Below are positions 12,415 through 25,220 of a DNA stretch of 64,000 bases, piece after piece. Position numbers and translations under genes: made by a program. Numbering within the stretch: position 1 is the first letter of the stretch; the number at the start of each line of letters is the position of its first letter. The stretch is from assembly GCA_000934665.2 (NCBI GenBank), contig KZ538337.1, forward strand, positions 1 to 64,000, read 5' to 3'. Under the pieces are notes generated by a model, which was not told the DNA's origin, made no database searches, and saw only the letters and a program-made list of their open reading frames with translations. This stretch comes from Catajapyx aquilonaris. Lineage: Eukaryota.

Positions 12415-13132
12415 CAGGGTTGGCTAAAATGAATAACAGTATTTGAATCGTGTGGTACAGTGGTGCTATTTGCACACGAGCGGGAGATTGGCATGTGCTG
12501 GAGTGGGGAAGGTATGCCATTTGCAAAAATTGCGTCGTGGTCAGCAGAACACCATGCATTCATTATGGAGGATTATTTTTAAAATAATGAGTCCCCCGTA
12601 CCTGTACACAGTATCTTTCTTTGCCTTTTTGGGCTGGAACCTCAGGAGAAAGTCCCTGACCACCGGATGTTCATAAAGTGGGTGAAGAAGTTCTGGGACA
12701 CAGCTTCAAACCGGGATCAGACAGCACTGGATGTAAAAGGACACAGAGGACCCCTCAACGGAGCTTCAAATGGCTGATCGCTGAGGACTTCGGAGTAGCG
12801 CATTGCCTACCCCCCGGCCAGTGCTTTCTTGTCCCGGCTGGAAGCTGTGTCCCAGAACTGCTTCACCCACCTTATGAACGTCGGTGGTCAGGGACGTTGT
12901 CCTGACGTCCCTACCCAAAAAGGCGAAGAAATATCCTTTGCACAGCTACAGGGGACTCATTATTTTTAAAATAATCCTCCACGATGAATGCATGGTGTTC
13001 TGCTGACCACTACGCAATTTTTGCAAATGGCATACCTTCCCCATTCCAGCACATGCCAATATCCAACGCATGCGCAATTAGCACCACCGTACCACGTGAT
13101 TCAAATACTGTCAATCATTTTGCCCAACCCTG
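12415..13132. mobile_element. Tc1/mariner-superfamily fold-back derivative with duplicated 5' end
   Basis: TA-CAGGGTTGG.. / ..CCAACCCTG-TA; ~315-bp inverted arms, each encoding a decayed transposase N-terminus (WSAEHHAFIVEDYFKNNESPVAVQRIFLRLFG, DUF4817-like HTH). Confidence 0.8.
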
Positions 13133-13718
13133 TATTTCGAATTCAAGCAAAGATGTTACGGGCTAAATAACACAATTGCAATAAAAAAACTAAATGACAA
13201 ATGTGACAGATGTGTTGGTAAAATTAAAACATTATTACCCATTATTTTTGGTTCAACTAACCTTCATCCCAAATGGTATTTATAGGGTAGACAAACAAAC
13301 AGAAAAATATATATACCAGTAAACACCTAAAATTCTGATCGTAACTTGTCAAAAAAGTGCAGCATTCCCTTTTGAAATAGAAATAAAAGAACCACAACTT
13401 ATAAAATTTTTCCTTATTTCACAACATTATCCAAATAAATATTGTTAAGTCACATACCAAGAGACTAACACACAAGAAATTAACATTTCTTGTTCTACTG
13501 ACTGAGGAACACAACGTGTCTTTAGCATATGAAAGACAGAAAACAGCTGGCAGATACATAAAAAAATTCAACTTTCCAACGAACATAACATTTCACAAAC
13601 TTGTTATGTAAATATATTTTTTCCTGGCTAACTCCAATTCTGCATATTAAACTCTACGGTTAACATCCTGAGCAGTTCATAAGATTTGCATTTTCCACAA
13701 AAGATCCGTATAAATATC

Positions 13719-14309
13719 ACAACTCACAAGGGAAGTGTAAGTGTTGTCAATGGCGTTTCTGAATCAAACTTGGCACAATGATATAGGCAGGTAAGTTATT
13801 AAAGAAAATGCAAAAAAATTTGGCGGATGCCCACAAGGTCAAAAGTTATGACCTCTTGAACTCACAAGGGACACTTTCCAAGGTCTCGCCGATTTTCTTG
13901 AAATTCGGTACATTGGTAGCCCACGCCAAGGGATGAAAAACGCACCTATAAAGTGACCTGCTCAAAATGACCCGGTGACCCCTTTTGGGGGGCTACCAAT
14001 GCACCGAATTTCAAGAAAATTGGCGAGTTTTCGGCATTTAAGACTTGACCTCTGCCCTCCAAAAAGGGGTCACCAGGTCATTTTGAGCAGGTCACTTTAT
14101 GTGCGTTTTTCATCCCTTGGGTGGCCTACCAAATGTACCGAATTTCAAGAAAATCGGTGAGACCTTGGAAAGTGTCCCTTGTGAGTTTTGACTTTGTGGG
14201 CATCCGCCAAAAATTGTTGCATTTTCTTTAATAACTTACCTGCCTATATCATTGTGCCAAGTTTGATTCAGAAACGCCATTGACAACACACACTTCCCTT
14301 GTCAGTTGT
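13719..14309. mobile_element. Unclassified fold-back MITE (~260-bp inverted arms)
   Basis: ACAACTCACAAGGGAAGTG..GTGTTGTCAATGGCGTTTCTGAATCAAACTTGGCAC.. mirrored at 14060-14309; arms highly similar. Confidence 0.85.
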
Positions 14310-14499
14310 ACAGTATACAACCTAACATGATTCAAGACAATGTGACATTTAAAAAAAAAAAAAACTTTTCACAAGGTGCACATGATTGTCAGCCTATTTT
14401 AACCCTACCACTGTCACATGACAAAAGGTGCATGTCTCTGTTCGACATCCTGATGTTAATAATGAAGGTTCCAGATCAAATCTTGCAGGATGGTAAAAA

Positions 14500-15416
14500 T
14501 CACAAAGAAACTACACCAATCTGGTTTCTTGCAAGAGTCATAGGATCTGGAGGCATATAACAAGATGTACGCCTACTGAGCCACTTGTCTTCCATTGGGT
14601 CATACACCCTCATTCTACGACCCCTTTTGGTGATGTCATATATATCATATGTTTCTCCACCTATGGCATACAAAAGACCACATATACAGCAACCGCTGCA
14701 GTTTGAGTCAAAGGAATGTCCGATTTGGTTACCTCCATCGTCCATTCATTATGGTCAAATGAATACCTGTCTACATCATAGGAAGCCAAAACATTATTTT
14801 CCTTATTATATCCACCGACCACATACATGATGTGATCATGCACGACAGCAACAGCCACACCCCTACGAGGTCGCAGCCAGGGAGCCAACTTGGTCCACTC
14901 ACCAGTTGTTGGGTTGTAGGACACAAAATCTTTCACATAGACATTCTTCTGCTGTCTGATCATGTAAATTAATCCCTTATGTGAAACTACAGACATACTT
15001 CTCCGAGCAATAGGCATTTGACCAATTACATTCCATTGCTTGGTTGCAGGGTTATACTTCTCAACGCTTTGGAGGATGTTTTCCAAATCACACCCTCCAA
15101 ATGCATACAAGCAGCCATTCAATTCACACAGACCAAAGTCAGACGACTCAGACCGTGGAATTTGCAAATTGGCAATGTCATGCCACCAGCCCTCATCATC
15201 ACCAATCTTGCTAACTAGAGTACTTGATGATGTTTGTCCTTTTATCCTACCACCTACAACATAGATGTCACCATGCAAGGCTGCATAGCCTGGGGCTTCA
15301 CGAGCAGCCGGCAGACCAGGCAGTGTGACCCATTTTTGGTGTGACAAACATAGGCACTCCACTCGGCACGATTTAACCCTTACAAAGTCATCAGCAATAT
15401 CAACATAATTTGACAC
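14500..15416 (-). pseudogene. Kelch-repeat (KLHL-like beta-propeller) pseudogene, intronless
   Basis: About six Kelch repeats (IYVVGG, LYAFGG, SVEKYNPATKQW, MYVVGG, LYAIGG, RVYDPMEDKW); frameshift near 14686 joins ORF 14661..15416 to ORF 14500..14745; one repeat lacks GG; no ATG and an upstream in-frame stop. Confidence 0.75.
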
Positions 15417-17933
15417 CAGGTGATAATAAAACCATACAACTCAACTGATCAGTGCTCTCCAGTAAAGCCACTCAGAGTAACAGCTCTTAGCATACTAATG
15501 GGGTTGGGACCAGTACTGTCGAGGTATCACTGTACTACTCTACTCCCCATTTGCAAATAATATTTTGGGAGAGATTTTGAAAAAATTCAAATCATGAAAA
15601 CTGTCTGGCATTTCAATTAGAAATGTCACAAAAAATCATGCTTGCATATGTAAATGTCTTTTAAAATCCCAGTGTAATGCTGATTCTTGTGCATCATGTC
15701 AAATATGGCAGAGGTCATGATTTTGTATCTTTGTGGTTCCTGAAGACTTTTACATCCTGCCAAGTAACCAAACTTTTGCAAGTGCCCCTTTTTCTTCAAG
15801 ATCACAAAAATTGATCCACACTCTGGATCAATTATGTATTGGTAGCCATTCACTTAATCACTCGTTGAACTACAGAGAGGAAGTTAGGACATCATCAGTA
15901 GGTGATTCTCAGCCCACTGCAGTTACTGCTGTGTAACTATAATATTATTATTCTGTATAACTGTATACCCCCAATATAAACGACCTATGCAGCAAGCACA
16001 GGTAGTTAGGAAATGGCGTAGATCGCAAAATGACCCCTATACGTAAGTAAGCTATGTGATTAAACTAAAATTGACATGCAATTATCTTTCAAATGGAGTC
16101 GAAATCTTCTACATCAATTAGGGAAATCTTGACCTGACATTTCGAAAGTACAGTACGTAAAGTACGAGAGGACTTCCGCCTGACCTTTTCACCAGCCTGT
16201 ACATCAATGCGCCAGAACGAATCAAAAAATAGTTAATCTGTGATTAATCTGGATAGAGGGCATAGCTAAATATCATCAAGGCAAAGGCGTGTGACACAAC
16301 AAAATCTTTATTGAGTCATTTTGATTTTACAAATTCCACCATGAATGTATAACATATCAACAGTACGCTATTTTATCCTTCAACATCACTGAGCTACAAA
16401 AGTGTTGATAGCAGCACTGTGAAAGCTGTTTGAAATGCAAATATAGTGCTCATAGAATGGCACTTTTACGTTTCACATAAACTAGGGAGCATAAAATACA
16501 TGTTAACAATGAATGTTAACTGTGATTCAGCAAACGAATTCAGGCAGTTCAGACCCACCGTCTCATTTCAATCCAACCTTCCACCCAATCCCAAAAGAGA
16601 TATCTTTGGACAATAAAAACGGCTTGTTCTGATGAACTTTTCATGTGATTTGAAGGACAATGTCCGAGGCACAAGTACTGTAGGCCTACAGTAGACTGCA
16701 GTGTTCATGATATCCCAAGGCGATCTGATCACCAAGCTTTTTTTGCCTAAAAATATCTCCTTTGGTTAGATGCTGTGGATGAACAATACAACATAAATGC
16801 TGTTGATTTTGACGTCAACCTGTCAGCTTCTCATTATTGATTATATTGTAACTTGTGTAGCCTACATATTCTTAATACATTTTTAAAATACAAATCGTAA
16901 TGAAAAACGTGTGTAAAGGCCGAAACACAAAAAGATTTTGCGGCAGCGTCAAGCGGCAAACGCGTGCCCCGCCAATTATTATTAATTATTGGCAATAATA
17001 TGCCCCGCGACAAATATGCCGCAACGCGCGCCGTTTGCCGCGCGTTTTTTTTTTTTTTTTTTTGTGAAATAGCCTTAACACTTGGTTACGGGTCGTGGCC
17101 AAATAAAAAATGAGTATTACCATGATAAACAATTTCAAAATCTTCACATTCCAGACACATTTGAGAGGCTAGTTATTTAATTACTGAGCATGTGGTTTCA
17201 CTCATATTGTGAATCTCTCTCTCTCTCTCTCTCTCTCATCCATGGATTTACAATATTCCTTTGTTCAACATACTATTACATGAACAATATCCTTGCACTA
17301 CTAGACAGAAATATTTCAATATATTAGACACATTTTTGACAATGGTGTAATATGTATGAGACAATCAGTAACTGAAGGAGTGGAAAGGTGTATACATTTA
17401 TCTACAAAAGCGACATTTGAAATTCTATCCTGAAGATGAAAAATGAGCGATCGATTGGTGTGTCACTTCAATTTAATGTTTTTTTTAGCACATCGTATTT
17501 GAATATATACGGTACGTTAGTGTATCATAAGATGAAAGTGACAATTCCCTATACGCCTTACCATTGCAGCATTGAAGGTGTTTCTCGGTTATCTCAATAA
17601 TGCAAGAAGGGAAAATAAATGTACTAGCTTTCCACCACTTCAATAAATTATAACGTGTTGTTTTAATAATCATAACTGACCAAACATAACATAACACTAA
17701 CATATACTGCCACTGTCTTTGTTCATAACTTATTCATCAGTTGAAGCAGTATAGATTAGAGTGTATGAATAAAATTAAGGTGAATATAAAGAACAATTTT
17801 CTGCACAAGCTGAAAGTTACTTCATACATTTAAAAAAAAATCCCGGTTCGCCAGCACGTGCGTAAATAGCAATTTCCCACTGAAAATGAGTATTCAAGGT
17901 GAAAGAAAAAGCTTCTTCCAAACGTTCATTGAT

Positions 17934-18898
17934 TTAGTATTGTCCAGTCATAGCTGCATAGAGAATCGGATACTCCATAGCATGAGCATACATATGATGT
18001 GTTAAGTCCTTTGTCGAGTGAAACTCTTTGCGACAGGTGTTACATGCGACCAGATTTTCCAGTGTATGAGCTAGAGCAATATTTTTGTGACGTTGCAACG
18101 AGCGTTTATTAGAAAACGATTTGTTGCAAGGGACACAAATGAAAACCTGCACATGATGCGTACGTGAGTGAAACTCCAACAATTGCTTGCAGGCGAAAGA
18201 CCTGTAGCATGTGGTACAGGTAAATCGCCTTACGGCATAATCTGCCCCTTTACCTGCCGGGTACACCCTGCGTCTAAACATCCCGTCGCACACATCGCAG
18301 GTAGAGGATGATACACCATCATCAGGGTGAGTCCCAATGTGACACATTAACTCACTGTCAGTCGGAAATGCCTTTGAGCACGTATGGCACTTGATTTGCT
18401 CTCTTTCGTTGTGCTGTATTTGCAAATGGCGTTTTAGAAAGTATATTGAGACAAATGACTTATCGCAAGAGGCACATGTGTACCCTCCCCGTGTACGGTT
18501 GTGATCAGCGCTACCCTCTTGTAGCATAGTTGAGTGAACAAAATCGTGGCTACATGTCTTCTTTTGTTTCTTCTTACCATATTCCCACAGCCTGTTCTTG
18601 ACGCGTACATCATCGGACGAATCTGCTTCAGCCAGTGAGCATCCTGAAGTTCCAGGTTGCTCGACATAATTGTCAGCTGGCGGCTGCTGGGCAGGAAGGC
18701 TGGCCTCCGAAGCCTCCACCTCCTCCACAAGCTCATCCAGTGCTCTCTCCATGTCCTCAGGAGGAAGGAATTCGTGGCACATCAACCCCAGGTATCCCTC
18801 GAGATTTCCATCCTCCTCTTCCGTGGCATCATCTTCTTCTGCCATCACCGTGGCCACCTCTTTCTCCTCTTCCTCTTCAAAGGCGATATAGTCTGAAT
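17934..18898 (-). CDS. C2H2 zinc-finger protein with acidic N-terminal region (terminal exon or single-exon CDS)
   Basis: Uninterrupted ORF with five complete fingers (e.g. CASCDKSFVSIYFLKRHLQIQH, CTTCYRSFACKQLLEFHSRTH, CNTCRKEFHSTKDLTHHMYAH) plus one lacking histidines; acceptor tttcag at 18899-18904; in-frame ATG at 18845 (MAEEDD). Confidence 0.8.
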
Positions 18899-21800
18899 CT
18901 GAAATCAATTGATAAATAAATAACACGGAATATTATTTACCTCGATAGCATTATCTCATCATTAAATATTATTAATAAAATAGCAAATCATGATGATCAC
19001 TTTGATAGTATGGTCTAAAGTGGTAAGTTCTGATTGCACTAAATATATACGTTTAATTGGTCAGAAAGGGTTACAGCTAGACTTACGCGTAGAGTAATGA
19101 ATGCCAAAGATTTTCATTACATTACCACCTGTGGGTGTTTAAAAAAGTGTGAATCTGACCCGTGTTTCCTGCGATAAGGCAAGAAGGAATTTACATTCGC
19201 TGTGGGGTAAACAATCCATAATTCTAATTCACCTATTCTGGAACTGAGGACTTGGACAGTGAACAACCCTGTACATATTTCACTTATGTACTTTCGACCA
19301 AGGAATCCATTGACCCGGCCAGAGGACAATTTGATTCTTACTGTAATAGTAGGCCTAATAAACGTATAATAATTTCAGTGCAGTTGTCCCAAACCTTATT
19401 CAGAGTCGGGACTGGAGTATAATAATTCAACTTCTCCGTACCCCTCTTCGAATAGTAAAGTCTGGCACTGTAACCCCCATGTATTTAAAAGTAATGCACG
19501 ATGAAAAAAGGGTGGTCTAAAAATGAGCCTATACGTCCGGAACCCAACTCATTGCTGTGTGTCCATATAGGATAGTGTATCATCGTTAGAGAATGTGTTG
19601 ATATAAGTGCTAACTTTTAGCAATGCAGACAGAGTTATTCATTGTTGGATTGTTCGTCGCAGTTGAGAATGAAGATTTCCTACTAATCACAGTCCACAGA
19701 CTGTGATTAAGTCACAAGCCTAGTCCTTCCTGAGAATCGAGTGACAACCGGATCTAGCTTGAACATTACGACGCCAAATTCAGAACAATAATTTCCTTTA
19801 GATAATACAACCGTGCACATGTCCACGTCCATAGTGTTGTCGGCAAGTACGGAAATAACCCAACACTCCAATAGTCCAATAGATACCAGTAACCAAAGGA
19901 TCATCCATTTGCTTGACTGCATCATTCTGTTGGGTTGTTTTCATACTTGCAGACAACACAGCGGACGTAGATCTGTGCAGTTAATTTTCTTATCAAAATG
20001 GATTCATTGCCCTGGACGCCAGTTGCGAAGTTCAAGCTGGATCGGATTGTCATATCCTTGAGCGAGGCTCAGGTTTCAGACACAGGAGGACGAGGCAGGG
20101 GTTCAATGTCCTTCAATCGCCATTCCGACGAGTGTGTACTACTTTGGAATTGAAAGGAATGTTGATGGCTTATGCCTTAGTGCTGTCCGACCTGTGCACA
20201 AACTGTCCGACAACAACCAACTTGAGTTCGGATTACCGAAGCACACCATCGACCTTATCTCTTGAGGTGTCATTACTCTGACTTACGTTAGAGCTTCATG
20301 CCCTTTCAACGCACAGCTGTGACTCGCAAAAGAGGTGACGTTTGAACTTCGGTCCTTAAAAGTGAGTAGTAAAAAATGTATTCATATGATTGTGTCCAGG
20401 ACAGTAACAACGAATAAGGAAAAAATGCCCCTTTTCACACGCGTTCTTCTAACACATGGTGACTTAGTCCACAGATCGTCACTCTACACATTTTGCATTT
20501 ATCTTAGCCCATAGACGCGGGTATTCTAGAGGTCGTACGAGTATGAAACACCGTGTAACTGCTTTTAACGACGTTCAGGATACCGAATTACTTGTCACAG
20601 TTGCACCTCAGTGCCGCGTCTTCATGCACACTATCAGCAGCATCCAACCAACCCGACGATTTTCTTAAATTCTTTGCGCACCTGTAACCGAACTACCTCC
20701 GAACCACCTACTACAGCACTCCCCATCCATCCCAGACTACCGAGGTGAATGAACCCCCGCCTCTGTGCAGAGAACAACTCACCCATTTCTTCGATCAAAT
20801 CTGCTGGAAAATCCGGAAACCCCTGCTGAATCCGAAGATCTTGGACTGAGGTCTCGTTGACGTCTCACAGCTTGGCTTGGACGCACTCGGGCGCACTGGC
20901 ATGGAGGTGAAGCCTTGATGGTGATGTCTTCTCGAACGAAGCGAGCCCAGAAGAAGAATGAGCCTGGGTCTCTCCTCACTGAAGCTCAACCCCTCTGGTG
21001 GAAGCGTGGCTGCGTTTGGGACGCACGTGACTGGGGAGGGGAGGGCTCGACTGTCATGGCGCGGCAGGGTGGGGATGGGGGAGTGGGGGCGGGATATGCC
21101 AATTTATTAAATCGCGGATTCCACATATTTATTTTGGTTTTAGTAAGCAAGGAAAATTGTATGATTTTTTAAAAATGTCACAATACTTGTGTGGTACTGC
21201 CTCATGGAAGATCACGTGTGACGTGTCTGTGGTCCTCTTTTCTCTTTTGTAGGGTGGCATATCCTTCCTGCAGAGGAGTGAATGAACTCGAGGTATTTGG
21301 TATTCCGGTTATTGTTTTTTTTTGCATGCTTCAATGTTGCCATTGAGAGAAATACATCTTACATAGCATGCAGTATTTTTTATCTTGTTTTTTTCCACTT
21401 AGGACGGGTTTACTGATGCCTGATTTTTGCGGAACACAAAATAATGTGAGCTAGGAGTTTTGCTTTATTCTGCAGATAAGAATGCCCAATAGAAATATGA
21501 GAGACTAACATCCTTTCAACTATGACTATTCGAATCTACCCAGCCGTATTGTATACTTTATTTATTTTAATTTCACACGCACTGGAAGGCACATAGATAG
21601 GTGAGGACAGTCATCGCCGGATTTCCCATTAGGCACATAGGCACTGGCCTAGGGGCGGCCGAGAGTTGCAATAAATATTTCTCAAATACAATAGTAGGAA
21701 ATAAAGGCGAGATCACAAAGAAAATAACATTTGAGCGCTTGATTTACCACTATACAGGCAGAAAAGGTAATTGCCGAAGGGAGGTCATAACTTACAGTAA

Positions 21801-23109
21801 TTTTTTTTTAAATGAAATGAAATAAAATTAAAGATAGAACACAAGAAAAGCGGGGTAAATCTGGCGCTGAGGACTGTCCTACACGCAATTTGTCCCACAT
21901 TCTATAAAATGCTTGCACCATCTTTTGTAGAGGAATTTAAACTCGCAATGTCCACAATCCCGTAGGCTACACTTGTCCAGAAAAATTTAGAGATATAATA
22001 GGCCACTCCTAGCCGTACTCTAGGAATAGACGTCCACTGTCTCTTCATTGACATGCAGTGTGTTCCAAGTATACGCTGAGGTCCTTTGGAGTTTGGATCC
22101 TTTTAGTTATCGCAAATTTCGCATTGTTTTTGTGTCCCTATGGATTGCCCATTGCATGTATTGCAAACTTCTTTCAGCCCGGCTTTTATGGACATTCCAG
22201 AATATGAGAACCATGTTTGTTAATGTAATCAGCAGCGATGATAACGCTTGCATTCCCGAATACGCGAATGCAAAATGTGAAGAAGGCCATTCCAGAGTAG
22301 GGCATTGACTCGGAGATAAGGCCTTCTGCACTGTGACACGGCATCATCCGGTGTATACATCTCGACAAACTGGAGGATTTTCTGTCCTTGGGAAAGGGCG
22401 CGACAGTAAGGGGAATGAAACGTACAGTACAATAGAAGTACTGTACTGTACACTCCAGGGTCAGCAGACGCGCCCAAGACGTCGCGTCGCGTCGTCGCGA
22501 TGACGCACACTCTAGATTGGGCTACTATGAACGATTCAGAGTCATGCTTGCGATATCGTGACAGAATCTCGAGTACGTTTGGCCCTCTGTAACTGCATAT
22601 AGCGGAAACTTGTCTGATGCGGAAATATTTTACGGCCTCGGAAGAGAGATATGACTTTCCATGCATTTTTGCCACCTCGTAGTAGAGTGGACCCACTCAC
22701 CCAGTCCAACGCAAAAAAATGGCAGAATTATCAAAAGTACGGATAACCCGAATGGTCATCTTTATGTCACCGAAAACCGTATCGATGAGCTAATGTGCAA
22801 GAATGTATGAGTTTTTTTTTTACCTGTAATAAGTGTAGACGAGCCTCATTGACATTCACGAATTTGTACCTCATAAAACCATTCCGACCTGTAAGAAATC
22901 GTTTGGTTTCCCTTTCCATTCCCACCATGCCTACTCGGACACCCAAAAGATTGCCAACAGGCCCCGAATGACTGACTCGGAAACGACAACTTGAAGTTAA
23001 TGTGTCTGAAATTATTTTGTCAGATTATAGAGTAGTACCGTACCGTACCACCCGATAGCGTCTCTATTACAGACACTTTCCGAGGAAATGAGCGTTTCCA
23101 ATATTATGC

Positions 23110-23356
23110 AGTGTGTTCCAAGTAGGCTATTGGGGTCCTTTTAGTTATCGCCGTTCGAAGCTGTTTTTTTTTGTGTATAGCTTTTGTACCCCGATCGAGG
23201 TGCCCAATTAGACTATTCCCAGGTGTGGTCGAATAGAGCAGCTGATGCCGGCGATGTAATTAGGTACCTCGATCGGGGCACAAAAAGCTACACAAAAGTA
23301 ACAACTTCGGGCATGCGATAACTGAAAGGACCCCAATAGGCTACTTGGAACACACT
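23110..23356. mobile_element. Palindromic MITE
   Basis: AGTGTGTTCCAAGTAG..TATTGGGGTCCTTT..CCCGATCGAGGT / ACCTCGATCGGGG..AAAGGACCCCAATAGG..CTACTTGGAACACACT; a related single end lies at ~22056-22115. Confidence 0.75.
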
Positions 23357-23639
23357 CTAGGGGACATCCTGCAAGTTATGCCAACACCTAACCTTTCGTG
23401 CTACATGGATAGGGCCTACCCTGATGCACAGGATGACCCACCACTAAGGAGTGTAGGCTAACTGAGGCTAACTTAGTAACTTAGCATGCCATTGTCGCTG
23501 TAATGGAGTCAAAATAACCAAAATCAAGTTAGTAAAGTAGTTTCGCCTTAGAATAATTATCTCAAGGAACCTCGGTCCTCGGAGGAAGTGCAAACCTTTC
23601 TGAGCATACTGTGTAAAGGTGTCTCTGTACAGTTTATGG

Positions 23640-23851
23640 CAGTGCTTCCCAAACTGTGGGAGGCCCATAAGTTACCGAACATTTCAGCTACTCGACAATA
23701 GTTATAAATGATTTTTATTTCACTTTTTACCCGTCTTTTCATGTTGGGGGATCAAAATGTGCACATCTGGGGGGTCGCAAATTTTACGAGACGATTTTTT
23801 TTTTGGGGGGGGGGGGGAGGGCTCGGCAACGACAATGATTGGGAAGCACTG
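23640..23851. mobile_element. hAT (Charlie-like) MITE
   Basis: TIRs CAGTGCTTCCCAA / TTGGGAAGCACTG; perfect 8-bp TSD GTTTATGG at 23632-23639 and 23852-23859. Confidence 0.9.
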
Positions 23852-24533
23852 GTTTATGGTTTGTGATGGACGGCTAACGGCGGAAAAAATTGGGGGACTA
23901 TTAATGATTGTACAGCCGTACAGGGTGAGTCAGAACTTCAGGTTATCCCTCTGCCTTACCACTCGTTGGCCAAATAAAAAGTCTAACATGTAAGGGTGTG
24001 CTGTATGCAACCCTGGAGACTGATTCAGGTGCCATGTTTTTTCGGCTTCGGCGAGAATGCGGTGCGGGTGCCCAGCGCAGTGTCTCTCCTGGACTGCTGT
24101 TGGTTCCTCGAGTCCCATTCAGAATGCCATGATACTGTCATTGAAACCTGGATCTAGACAAGTGCGCCCAATAATCGCCCAATTTCAGGTTTTACATTAT
24201 TGCCCAGGTCTTAAACCTGGAAGTCCTTTTGCGATTACTGAGGGATTTAAAATAAGAAATGTTCAGAGGGGCACTGAAGCGCATGCATCCTCCCTGTTTG
24301 TTCTTATTCTAACATCATCACTATAATGCTAGTGGTTTTTGAGTGTGGTCTTGTCTTCAATAAGGTCTGGGGACGGAAGCAGGTATGTTACTGTAACTCT
24401 GGGGACGTTGACCCAATTGTGGGGACATTTTCGGTCCCCACAGCTTGACCCACGAGAATATCACTGTTACAGTGGGGACATGTCCCCACTATTTCGTTTT
24501 GCAGGGTATCACAAAAGTCAATTTCTCTCAGCC

Positions 24534-24599
24534 TAGGTTAGTTAGGGTAGGTTAGGTAGGGTAGGTGAGGGTAGAGTAGGTTAGGGTAGGTTAGGTTAG
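24534..24599 (+). repeat. Degenerate (TTAGG/GTAGG)n array
   Basis: taggttagttagggtaggttaggtagggtagg..ttagggtaggttaggttag. Confidence 0.7.
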
Positions 24600-24719
24600 T
24601 TTACACTCGCTACGAAAAGTTCAGTTTCCACATCCCCAGCACACCTTAGTGAAGACAGGTCTAACTGTGTGTGTGTATTAATAGCAGATTTGGAGTCCAG
24701 CCCACTGAATGCTCCTAAA

Positions 24720-25220
24720 ATTCACTCACAATTTGGTAATGCAATTCGCAAGAATATTAGGTACTTTTCAGTTCTTGTGATCGATCAAGCTGATGAACAA
24801 CAAAACACAATAATCAAAGAAGTGGTGCATCGGTCCTATCCATTGCGACATTGGAGTTTGGCCGGACCAGAAGTGTGCAGGCTTCTGCACGAATTCCAGT
24901 ACAGTAGGCCTACCAGGAAGAATCACAGAGTAAGATGGATGAACTGCACCTTGAACTGTTTGCAGTGTTTCAAGCAGAATTATTGCGATATGTTTATGGT
25001 ATAAACCACATTATTTTTATGACTTCAGAAACACCTTTCAAGAGACAACCATTGATCTTACAGAGAATGATACTTGTGTCATAGCGACAAACAGCATGTA
25101 AGCATCCTAAACTCTGCTGAGGAGGATGAGACTAAAATGTACCAGATCTTAGCATGAGAGAGACAAAGATCTGAAGACTATAAGGGCTTGTTCAATCCAC
25201 TGAAAAAACCCCTCTTTTTT
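24720..25220 (+). mobile_element. Decayed DNA transposase fragment, Academ-like
   Basis: FSVLVIDQADEQQNTIIK..LRHWSLAGPEVCRLLHEF, then in other frames NTFQETTIDL..DTCVIA and LFNPLKKPLF; collinear with the DQAHEQNN / LRRWMVAGPE / GNPF pattern I recall from Academ-type transposases. Confidence 0.6.

Noticed and set aside
19350..20700. Coding-looking composition upstream of the zinc-finger ORF
   Set aside because: Frequent stops in the frames I read and no domain recognised
22229..22696. 155-aa ORF
   Set aside because: Non-ATG start, no motifs, and contains footprint-like repeats
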